Positions 8,849 through 17,088 of a DNA stretch of 64,000 nucleotides are shown here, one piece after another. The DNA is taken from contig RFSE01000010.1 in assembly GCA_009924135.1 (NCBI GenBank), positions 63-64,062 on the forward strand, in the 5' to 3' direction. The translations under genes were made by a program, and so were the position numbers. This stretch comes from Pseudomonadota bacterium. GTDB taxonomy: Bacteria; Verrucomicrobiota; Verrucomicrobiia; Limisphaerales; SXTU01. Position 1 is the first letter of the stretch; every line of letters begins with the position of its first letter. The notes under the pieces are model-generated. The model was given only the letters and a program-made list of their open reading frames with translations, was not told the DNA's origin and ran no database searches.

Positions 8849-10093
8849 GTGAACCACGTCGCTCACACCCCATCGCCACCGGCACGCCAAGCTGTGCTGC
8901 TGGTGGCCTTCATGTGGTTCGCCTACTTCCTGAACTACTGTGATCGGCAAGCGGTGTTCTCGATGTTTCCGGTGCTGAAGTCCGACCTTGGTTTTACGGA
9001 CAAACAACTGGGCTTCGTAGGCGCGTCGTTCCTCTGGGTCTACGGCGTCGGCAGTTTTTTTGCCGGGCAGATTGGCGACAAGTTTTCCAAACGCCGGCTC
9101 ATCGTGTGGAGCCTGGGTGTGTGGAGCGCGGTGACGATTGCGACTGGTTTCGCGAAGTCGCCGGACATGGTGCTCGCACTTCGCGCGCTCATGGGTGTTT
9201 CGGAGGCGCTCTTCATGCCGGCCGCCATCGCGCTCACGGCGAACGCCTTCCCGCCTGCCACCCGGTCACGCGCCATCGCCGCGCTCACGACGGCGCAAAT
9301 CCTCGGCAACGTTGGCGGCGGGTGGTTCGGCGGGTGGATGGCGGAGCACGGTCTGTGGCGCACGGCTTTCTTTGTGCTGGGTGCGGTGGGCTTGATCTTC
9401 GCGTTGCCTTACTTTGCCTTCCTGCGGGGCATCAGCGAGGAAGCGCAAGTGGAGACCAAGAAAACAGGCGGCTCCGGGGCCTTGCTCGGACTGGTAAGGA
9501 CGCCGACCTACTGGCTGCTCTGCGTGGCCTTTCCGGTCTTCGTCTTCGGCCTGTGGCTGATCTACGGCTGGTTGCCGAACTTTTTGAAGGAGAAGTTTGC
9601 CCTGAACCTTGCCGACGCCGCGTTCAATGCCACGGTCTTTCTCCAAGGCGCGACGCTCGTCGGCATGCTCACCGGTGGCGTGCTGGCGGATGTGCTCTAC
9701 CGTCGCACCAAGGCCGCGCGGCTCTGGCTGCTCACTGCGAGCCTGCTCGGTTGTGCGCCGTTCCTGCACTACCTCGGCAGCAGTGACACCCTCGCGGCCA
9801 CGCGCGTCGCCGCAATGGGGTTTGGACTCTTCAGCGGCTTCCTGATGGGCAACATCTTTCCATCCGCATTTGAAATCGTGCCGGCGGATGCGCGGGCTTC
9901 GGCGGTGGGCGTGCTGAATCTTTTTGGCGCGATCATCTCCGGCTTCGCGACGCTCGCGGGTGGCATGTTGAAGCAGAGCGTCGGGATTGAGCATTTGCTG
10001 ACGTACACCGCACTGGCCTATGTGGTTGCCGGTCTTGGGGTCATTGCGGGCATCTGCTTCTTATTTCAACGTGATTACGAAAAGGTTCACTGA
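8849..10093 (+). CDS. MFS transporter
   Basis: About 12 hydrophobic helices. MFS signature GQIGDKFSKRRLI between TM2 and TM3. N-terminus AFMWFAYFLNYCDRQ. The ORF-track start 8693 runs through the REP copies. GTG 8849, downstream of REP copy B, is the first plausible start that preserves TM1. Confidence 0.85.
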   Translation: MNHVAHTPSPPARQAVLLVAFMWFAYFLNYCDRQAVFSMFPVLKSDLGFTDKQLGFVGASFLWVYGVGSFFAGQIGDKFSKRRLIVWSLGVWSAVTIATGFAKSPDMVLALRALMGVSEALFMPAAIALTANAFPPATRSRAIAALTTAQILGNVGGGWFGGWMAEHGLWRTAFFVLGAVGLIFALPYFAFLRGISEEAQVETKKTGGSGALLGLVRTPTYWLLCVAFPVFVFGLWLIYGWLPNFLKEKFALNLADAAFNATVFLQGATLVGMLTGGVLADVLYRRTKAARLWLLTASLLGCAPFLHYLGSSDTLAATRVAAMGFGLFSGFLMGNIFPSAFEIVPADARASAVGVLNLFGAIISGFATLAGGMLKQSVGIEHLLTYTALAYVVAGLGVIAGICFLFQRDYEKVH

Positions 10094-10095
10094 CT

Positions 10096-13000
10096 ATGAG
10101 TAGTATTACTTCCCAAAGATACGGGCGAGATGCTTGTGAGGTTTGTAGCCATGGAGAACCGTCGCCGAGTTCGTGCGCGCGCTTTCCCTTCACCCCAACC
10201 CTCTCCCTTTGGGAGAGGGAGAGTCCCTGTCCGCTTCACTTGAGTCCGAACGCGTGTTTTGCATTGTGGCTGGCTGACTGCCTCCCTCTCCTCGGGGGAG
10301 AGGGACGGGGTGAGGGGAAAGGCACCGTACAGCGTTCCAGACGCTTCGTTTCGCGCACCATCGGAAGCTGGCTCCTTTTCTTCCTTCTTTCGTCCGCTGT
10401 CTTTGCTGCCACGCCGGATGAACCGCAGGACCTTGCTTTCAAGGCGAAGGTTGATGGCTCCGAGCAGCGCTACGTCGAGTTGCTGCCGCCGGGATTTAAC
10501 GCCGCTGCGATGCACGACGTGGTGCTCGCCTTTCACGGGCACGGGTCGGACCGCTGGCAGTTCATCCGCGATGCGCGCGGTGAGTGTCGCGGCTCGCGGG
10601 ACGTGGCGGCGCGCTATGGGATGATTTTCATCTCGCCGGACTATCGCGCGAAAACCTCATGGATGGGGCCGCTGGCCGAGGCGGACACGGTCCAGATCAT
10701 CGCCGAGCTGCGGGAGCGGCATAAAGTCGGGCGCGTGTTTCTCGTCGGCGGATCGATGGGTGGGACGGCGGTGCTGACGTTTGCGGCGCTGCATTCGGAC
10801 CTGGTCGCGGGCGTGTGCAGTCTGAACGGCACGGCGAACCATGTGGAGTACGACAAGTTTCAGGACGCCATTGTGGCGTCCTTCGGCGGCACCAAGGCGC
10901 AGGTGCCGGACGAATACAAGAAGCGCAGCGCAGAGGTGTGGCCGGAGAGGTTCACCATGCCGGTGGCATTCACCACCGGTGGACGCGATGAACTGGTGCC
11001 GCCGCAGAGTGTGCTGCGGCTTGCGGAGAAGCTGAAACAGGCTGGTCGCAAGCCGCTGTTGCTGCATCGGGAGGCGGGCGGACACGCGACTACTTACGAG
11101 GACACAACGGCCGCTCTGGAGTTCGTTCTGAAGGAGGCGGGAGCGACGCCGTTGGTGCCGGCGGGGTTGTCGGCGGAGGATCAGCGGTTCATCCTCGGTG
11201 AAGCGAACAGGCTGCGGGGCAAACTCGCCAGTCTTCGGCAGCGCGGTGATAAAGTTGAGCCGGCGGATACGCTCGCCGACGCCGACGTGTTTCTGAAGAA
11301 CTTCACCTGGGCGATGCGCTATGAGACAAGCCTGACGACGAACGATGTCTCCGCGCTTAAGAAGACCCTGACGCGTGGGCTTCAGCGGGCGGATGCGCTT
11401 GCCTCCGATCAGAAGCCGTGGGCCGCTCGCAGAGGCAAAGTCCTCCGCGCCTACGTCTCCGCCGTGGACGGCTCGACGCAGCCTTATGGCGTCATCATCC
11501 CCGCTGGCTACGATGGCAAAAAGCCAATGCGCCTCGACGTGGTGTTGCACGGCAGCTCGAAGCCTGTGGGCATGAGTGAACTGCGCTTCGGTGCACGGTT
11601 CGACGAGGGCGATGACGTGGCGAAGTCGGCGCCGGACGTGGAGTTTATCGAACTTCACCCGTTGGGCCGCGTCGAGAACTGCTACCGCTGGGCGGGCGAG
11701 ACGGACGTGTTCGAGGCCATCGAAGCGGTGTGCCGGAATTACAAAATTGATCGTGACCGCATTGTGCTGCGGGGCATGAGCATGGGCGCGTCGGGCACGT
11801 GGCATCTGGGGCTGAAGCACCCCAGCCGTTTCGTCGCGCTCGGGCCATACTGCGGCTATGTGGACACGCACCGTTTCTCCGAGACGCCGATTCCCGGCTT
11901 CATCAAAGTCGGCCCCCTGCCGCTGCATCAAGAACGCGGCCTGCACATGCTCGACTCCATCGACTTCGCGGCGAACGCGGCCGTCGTGCCAGCCATTGGA
12001 GCCATCGGCGACAAGGACGTGTTCTTCCAGTCACACGTTCACATGAAAGAGGTCATGGCGAAGGAGGGGCTCGAAATGGTGAACATCATCTCGCCCGGCA
12101 CCGGTCATACGATTGACCCGGTGACGCATCGGGAGCAGATGCGGCGCATCGGCGAATTCACCGCCAAGGGTCTGGAACACACGAAGCGTGACCTGCGGTT
12201 CGTGACGTGGACGCTGAAATACAATCGCTGCCACTGGCTCGAACTGCTCGCGCTCGGCGAGCACTACGAACGAGCGGAGATCCTGGCGAAGGCTGCGGAC
12301 GATGGTTCGGTCGAGGTCAGCCTCACGAAGAACATCACGCAGTTTGCCATTCATCCGCCCATGCTGGTGTCACCCAGCGCAAAAGTGCGCATTGGTGGCA
12401 CCGAGGTCGATTTGCCGAAGCGGTCCGGAGGCGAGCCACAGGCACTGGTGTTCTTGTTGGAACTGGGCAAGTGGAAGGTCGCCGGCACGCGGTCTTCCGT
12501 CGCACTCACGGGCAAACGTCCCGGCGTGCAGGGGCCGATTGATGATGCGTTCGCCTCGCCGTTTCTTTGTGTGCGCGGCACGGGCACGCCGTGGAATCCC
12601 GTCGTCGGCGCGTGGGCGGACGCCAGTTTGCGGCGCTTTGCCTACGAGTTCGCCCGCTACATGCGCGGCGATCTGCCGGTGAAGAACGACACCGAAGTCA
12701 CGGAGGCGGATGTACGGACGAAGCACCTCATCCTTTTCGGTGACCCCGGCAGCAATCCGTGGATTGCGAAGGCGCTCCCGAAGCTGCCGGTCACCTGGAC
12801 CCGCGACACCGTGAAGCTCGGGGCAGAGACATACGCTGCGAAGGACCACGCGCCCGCCTTCATCTCGTCCAGTCCGTTCGCCGGGGCAGGGGACCACTAC
12901 ATTGTCATCAACAGCGGCCACACCTTCCACGAGAAGGAATTCGCCGCGTTCAATTACCTGCTCTTCCCCCGGCTTGGCGACTGGGCGGTCCTGCGCCTTA

Positions 13001-13098
13001 CTCCCGGCGCGGAAGCGTGGAAGCCCGGAGTAACGACGTTCCCCGAGGAAGCGGTGCGCGCGGGTTACTTCGACGAGCGTTGGCAGTTCCCGCAGTAG
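10096..13098 (+). CDS. Secreted tandem alpha/beta-hydrolase (two esterase/peptidase-S9-like folds)
   Basis: Two nucleophile elbows: LVGGSMGGTAVL and LRGMSMGASGTW. Signal-like helix GSWLLFFLLSSAVFAAT. Start uncertain: ATG 10096 or TTG 10264. Every canonical in-frame start lies upstream of REP copy D. Confidence 0.8.
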   Translation: MSSITSQRYGRDACEVCSHGEPSPSSCARFPFTPTLSLWERESPCPLHLSPNACFALWLADCLPLLGGEGRGEGKGTVQRSRRFVSRTIGSWLLFFLLSSAVFAATPDEPQDLAFKAKVDGSEQRYVELLPPGFNAAAMHDVVLAFHGHGSDRWQFIRDARGECRGSRDVAARYGMIFISPDYRAKTSWMGPLAEADTVQIIAELRERHKVGRVFLVGGSMGGTAVLTFAALHSDLVAGVCSLNGTANHVEYDKFQDAIVASFGGTKAQVPDEYKKRSAEVWPERFTMPVAFTTGGRDELVPPQSVLRLAEKLKQAGRKPLLLHREAGGHATTYEDTTAALEFVLKEAGATPLVPAGLSAEDQRFILGEANRLRGKLASLRQRGDKVEPADTLADADVFLKNFTWAMRYETSLTTNDVSALKKTLTRGLQRADALASDQKPWAARRGKVLRAYVSAVDGSTQPYGVIIPAGYDGKKPMRLDVVLHGSSKPVGMSELRFGARFDEGDDVAKSAPDVEFIELHPLGRVENCYRWAGETDVFEAIEAVCRNYKIDRDRIVLRGMSMGASGTWHLGLKHPSRFVALGPYCGYVDTHRFSETPIPGFIKVGPLPLHQERGLHMLDSIDFAANAAVVPAIGAIGDKDVFFQSHVHMKEVMAKEGLEMVNIISPGTGHTIDPVTHREQMRRIGEFTAKGLEHTKRDLRFVTWTLKYNRCHWLELLALGEHYERAEILAKAADDGSVEVSLTKNITQFAIHPPMLVSPSAKVRIGGTEVDLPKRSGGEPQALVFLLELGKWKVAGTRSSVALTGKRPGVQGPIDDAFASPFLCVRGTGTPWNPVVGAWADASLRRFAYEFARYMRGDLPVKNDTEVTEADVRTKHLILFGDPGSNPWIAKALPKLPVTWTRDTVKLGAETYAAKDHAPAFISSSPFAGAGDHYIVINSGHTFHEKEFAAFNYLLFPRLGDWAVLRLTPGAEAWKPGVTTFPEEAVRAGYFDERWQFPQ
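10186..10219. repeat. REP-like palindromic element, copy C (B-type orientation, shorter stem)
   Basis: CCCTTCACCCCAA followed by CCCTCTCCC-ttt-GGGAGAGGG. Confidence 0.75.
10284..10317. repeat. REP-like palindromic element, copy D (A-type orientation)
   Basis: CCCTCTCC-tc-GGGGGAGAGGG followed by ACGGGGTGAGGGG. Confidence 0.75.
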
Positions 13099-13115
13099 CC
13101 AATCCCTCCCGGCGG

Positions 13116-13706
13116 CTATGGCGCTGATTGCGACGGTTCCGCTGGTGGTGCCGGGCGGATGCCCAGCTTATCCCATCCAGCTTGACCGAGCTGATCGAGC
13201 GTCTCGATGTTCCGCTCGTAAATTGTGTCGGTCGGATAAGCCTCGACCGCGCGGGCGATGCTCGCCTCGCGCAGCAAGTGCTGCGTGGGGTAGGGAGCGC
13301 GATTGGTGTAGTTGCTCAGGGCGTCGGGCTCGCTGTCGGCGAACTGGTACTGCGGGTGAAAGCTGGCGATCTGGATTTCTCCGACCAGTCGCGCCTTCTT
13401 CAACACCGCGTTCGTCCGCGGCAGGAACGCTTGGAAGTCCAGGAACTCGCCCAGCACCTTCGGATGAATGAGCAGGGTGTTGTCGATTTGCTCCGGAGGC
13501 GTGGCTTGCAGGAGTTCCAGCTCGGCTTTCAAGTCGGTCAGGAGCGCTTCGGCGGTCGGCGCGTGGCTGACGACATAACGGACCTGGCCTTTGACCTGCA
13601 CGGCCTTGGCGAAGGGACAGAGATTCAGGCCGATGACCGCCTTGTCCACCCAGTGACGCATGGCGGCAATGATGTCGGCATCGGACGGAATGGGCGGCTC
13701 TGACAT
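13116..13706 (-). CDS. DUF1415 domain protein
   Basis: WVDKAVIGLNLCPFAKAV..., EIQIASFHPQYQFA..., NYTNRAPYPTQHLLRE match the conserved blocks of DUF1415 as I remember them. Confidence 0.8.
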   Translation of the reverse strand: MSEPPIPSDADIIAAMRHWVDKAVIGLNLCPFAKAVQVKGQVRYVVSHAPTAEALLTDLKAELELLQATPPEQIDNTLLIHPKVLGEFLDFQAFLPRTNAVLKKARLVGEIQIASFHPQYQFADSEPDALSNYTNRAPYPTQHLLREASIARAVEAYPTDTIYERNIETLDQLGQAGWDKLGIRPAPPAEPSQSAP

Positions 13707-13753
13707 GGGCGAAGGTTAACGAGGGCGGCGGTGTTTGTCGTGCGACTTGTGGG

Positions 13754-14995
13754 CTACGGTTCGCCGATGCAGTAGAGGTATTGGCCGCTGCGGAGGTAGA
13801 TGAACTTGCTGACGAAGGCAGGCGACCCGCCGTGGCCTTCGCCCAGATGATTGCGTTTCAATTCCTTGAATTGCCGGCCCGGCGCGAGCACCAAGGTGTC
13901 CCCGAGATCGGTGCACAGGAAGAGGTGATTGCCCGCCAGCGCGAGACTGGCATAGAGGTTGGCCCCTACGGCACCCAGGCGGCCGGCCGGCATCGGGAAC
14001 TCAAGGTCCAGGCTGGCCACGAGCTTCCCGGTCTGGGCGTCGAGGATGTGGAACTTGTATTCGTTGGCGACGGCGTAGATCAGTCCGCGATCGTAAACGG
14101 CCGAGGCGTAGAACGTGCCTTCCAGCTCCTGATCCCAAAGTTGTTTGACGGTCCACTTGTCCGGGTTTGTCGCAGAGAACTGCTGCGCGCTGGAGCCGGT
14201 TTGAATCAGATAGAGCGTGCCGTCCTGGACCAGCGGACTGGCGAATTTCAGCCCTCCAAGATCCGTGGCGAGCAGCCTGCCATCGGAGACGCGCACCAAC
14301 TGCCCCGAGGGCATGGCCAGGACTTCCACCCCGCCGATCTGCGCGACCACCGGCGTGCCATAGCTCTCCGGGACCGACGGATTCTTCCAAACGTCGTTCC
14401 CGGTCTTCGGATCGAGCGCGAGGAGATAGGATAGCGTCACCAATAGCTTGCCACCCGCGAGCACTGGAGAAGTGGCACGACCATACTCCGTGGTGGTCTT
14501 CAGGTTGATGTGGCGAATCCATTGTCGCTCACCCTTCACGTCGTAGCAGGCGACAATGCCTGTGCCGAACACCGCATAGACAAACTGCCCGTCGCTGACC
14601 GGCGTGGGCGTGGTGTTGCCGGCATCGGCCAGGAGCGGGCGCTCGGTGACCGCGTGCGGCAGGTCGGCGAAGTCATTGGACTTCTGCCAGAGAATTTTCC
14701 CGTCGGCCGCGTTGACACAGACAAGCCGGGCGGGATCAGCGGTGACGAAAATCTTTCCGTCCACCACGACCGGGGAGGAATACTTGTTGGGTCCGATCTT
14801 TGTCTTCCACCGGATGTTTTTGGTTTCGCTCCATTCGAGTGGCGGCGTGGCGAGCGGATGGCGGCCGGAGCCATCGCCGCGCCAGCCCACGCTGGCTTCG
14901 CCAGCTCGACCGGAGCGACAGCACGCGACGAAAAGGAGCAGTGAAGTGAGTAGAACTATCCAGACTTCCTGCCGCGTTGCGTGTGGAAGTGCCAA
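13754..14995 (-). CDS. PQQ-like (BamB-like) beta-propeller repeat protein, secreted
   Basis: Repeated ...DGKILW.., ..TGNDVWK.., ..GTLYL.., ..GKLVAS.. blades. TTG at 14995 gives a signal peptide (M)ALPHATRQEVWIVLLTSLLLFVACC. The longer ORF to 15301 crosses REP copies E and F and overlaps the next gene's 3' end. Confidence 0.8.
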   Translation of the reverse strand: MALPHATRQEVWIVLLTSLLLFVACCRSGRAGEASVGWRGDGSGRHPLATPPLEWSETKNIRWKTKIGPNKYSSPVVVDGKIFVTADPARLVCVNAADGKILWQKSNDFADLPHAVTERPLLADAGNTTPTPVSDGQFVYAVFGTGIVACYDVKGERQWIRHINLKTTTEYGRATSPVLAGGKLLVTLSYLLALDPKTGNDVWKNPSVPESYGTPVVAQIGGVEVLAMPSGQLVRVSDGRLLATDLGGLKFASPLVQDGTLYLIQTGSSAQQFSATNPDKWTVKQLWDQELEGTFYASAVYDRGLIYAVANEYKFHILDAQTGKLVASLDLEFPMPAGRLGAVGANLYASLALAGNHLFLCTDLGDTLVLAPGRQFKELKRNHLGEGHGGSPAFVSKFIYLRSGQYLYCIGEP

Positions 14996-15015
14996 GACTG
15001 GTCGAACGACGACTA

Positions 15016-15053
15016 CCCTCTCCCCCACCGGGGGAGAGGGCAGGGTGAGGGGG
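15016..15053. repeat. REP-like palindromic element, copy E (A-type)
   Basis: CCCTCTCCCCC-acc-GGGGGAGAGGG followed by CAGGGTGAGGGGG. Confidence 0.85.
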
Positions 15054-15146
15054 CAACGCTGCGGAGTAGAGGCGCGCCCGGATTCATGGAGCAGGCGGAT
15101 CAGCGTCTCCGGCAGTGCTGGCAGCTCGGACTGCTGGACGAATTTT

Positions 15147-15184
15147 CCTCTCACACCAGTCCTCTCCCCCAAGAGGTGAGAGGG
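15147..15184. repeat. REP-like palindromic element, copy F (B-type, degenerate)
   Basis: CCTCTCACACCagt followed by CCTCTCCCCC-aag-AGGTGAGAGGG. As in copy B, it is preceded by GAATTT(T)CCTC. Confidence 0.6.
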
Positions 15185-15267
15185 AGGGGTCGTCGTCACA
15201 CGAAGGTTCTCAGCGCGCTTCACCCACTTAGGACAGGAGCGCCTGGTTATCCAGCCAAGGCGTAAGG

Positions 15268-16767
15268 TCATTTGGCCTGTGGGTCCTTGATGTCGTAGCA
15301 AATGATCTCGACCGGCGTGCGGACGAACAGCCGGCCACGCGAGATGACGGGCATGCTCCAGTCCAGCAGGCCGCGCTGAGAATTCCGGCCGAGGTTGGTC
15401 AGGTCGTGCAGCTTCTCGATGCGCCCGGTTTGCCGGTAACCGGTCGCACTGGCCTCGACCAGCGTGAGCCGCTGGTGGTCGTGGATGAAGAGCAGGCCGT
15501 CGGCGGCGGTGAGGGCCAGGCCAAGGTGGAAGCCCGGCTCCTTCCAGCGCAGTTTGCCGGTCATCAGGTCACTGCAACGGAAGGAGTAATTTTGCTCGCC
15601 AGGCTTGGCCCCGATGTCGGCGGCGTCCTTGCGTGCGTCGATGTAGAAGCCGTAGATGCAGCCGTCCCAGACCAGCAACGGCGTGACGGCATCGTGGATT
15701 TCCACATTGGACCAGAGCACCCTCGGTTTCGGGTCGGGCTGGCTGAAGTCGCACTCGACCAGTGAGGGCACCCAGCCGTTGAGAGAATCCAGATACAGGT
15801 TGGGGCCGACGCGCTTGAGGCTGCCGCTGGCCCACGCGGGGGCTTCCTGTGGACCGGTGCACTCCCAGTTCCAGAGCTGCTTGCCATCGGACTGGCGCAG
15901 AATTTTCCACTGGCGGTTGCCGTGAACGACGAGGCAGTCCTGATTGCGGAACTGAATGGGCAGGCCGGTGCCAGTGACCAGCCCGGGGCCGCGCGATCCG
16001 GGCAGGCAGTCCTCCTCGTATTTCCAAGCGACTTTGCCCGTTGCGGCGTCGTACGCGAAGAACTGCATCTTGTTGCTTACGTCAGTCTTGGCCCACGCAG
16101 GGATCGCTGGATTACCGCCCTGCCAGTAGAAGTACGGGATCTTGTCGCCCACCGGGATGAGCGAGCCATTGAACCCTTTCCATTCCAAGTTTCCTGCGCC
16201 CTTCAGCTTGCCGTCCAGATAAGGCGATTGCAGCTTGAAACTCTGCTGCCAGACGATGGCTCCGGTCTGACGGTCGAAGCAAAACGCGTCGCCAAACGTG
16301 CCGATGGTGAAGACATGCCGCTCCGTGATGGTAGGCGTGGCACGCACTCCGAGCATGCCCCAACCGACATGCCAGATGGGCGGCACCTGGTAGGTGTGGT
16401 GCCACTTTTCCTTGCCCGTGGCGGCGCTGATGCAGCGGATGGTTTCCATGCGCTGAGTGTCCTCCAACTGAGCGTAACAAAGGTCATCGCCGGCGACGGA
16501 AGGGTGGTTGGACCCGGCGGTGACGGGCGTGCGCCACAGCACCTTCGGCCCGTCCTTGGGCCACGCGCGCAACAACCCCTTCTCCTCCGAGATGCAATCG
16601 CCACGTGGTCCTGCCCAACGCGGCCAGTCGCCGACGGCGGTTGAGGTGGCAAAGCCCTTCTCGGCAGCGGTGGCGGCCATCGCCAGTAACAGGCCAAGGG
16701 AGATTCCAGTAAGCTGGCACCGCAACCGGGCAAGGTGCGGGGAAAGCTGGGTTTGCGCTGGGTGCAT
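15268..16767 (-). CDS. PQQ-like (BamB-like) beta-propeller repeat protein, secreted
   Basis: Signal peptide after MHPAQTQLSPHLARLRCQLTGISLGLLLAMAATAAE. Propeller-blade repeats (..TGKEKWHH.., ..TGAIVWQQ.., ..TGKVAWKY.., ..GKQLWNW.., ..TGKLRWKE..). ATG 16767 is preferred over 16803. Confidence 0.85.
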   Translation of the reverse strand: MHPAQTQLSPHLARLRCQLTGISLGLLLAMAATAAEKGFATSTAVGDWPRWAGPRGDCISEEKGLLRAWPKDGPKVLWRTPVTAGSNHPSVAGDDLCYAQLEDTQRMETIRCISAATGKEKWHHTYQVPPIWHVGWGMLGVRATPTITERHVFTIGTFGDAFCFDRQTGAIVWQQSFKLQSPYLDGKLKGAGNLEWKGFNGSLIPVGDKIPYFYWQGGNPAIPAWAKTDVSNKMQFFAYDAATGKVAWKYEEDCLPGSRGPGLVTGTGLPIQFRNQDCLVVHGNRQWKILRQSDGKQLWNWECTGPQEAPAWASGSLKRVGPNLYLDSLNGWVPSLVECDFSQPDPKPRVLWSNVEIHDAVTPLLVWDGCIYGFYIDARKDAADIGAKPGEQNYSFRCSDLMTGKLRWKEPGFHLGLALTAADGLLFIHDHQRLTLVEASATGYRQTGRIEKLHDLTNLGRNSQRGLLDWSMPVISRGRLFVRTPVEIICYDIKDPQAK

Positions 16768-17088
16768 TCGGGCGGAATATAGTTCGGGCGTCCCGGGTGA
16801 CAATGCTGATGTGGCTTACTTGGACGAATTGGGCGCAGCTTGACACTGCTCCAGGGGTGCTGTCAGGCACAGGGTCACGACGTCGCTGACACTTTTTGGG
16901 TGTGGCGGCGATGGTAGTCGTCGGATTTGACATTGCCGGAACCGGGGGTGCAAATGAAGGTTGGGACGAGATTCATTGGCCAACGGGAAAGCCGACTCCG
17001 GGAGGGGGCTGCACGCCCGGGTCCGGTTACAACGTCCGGCGGACGGCAGTCAGCAGTTCAGCGGAAGGGTACGGCTTCCGGCAGTTCA

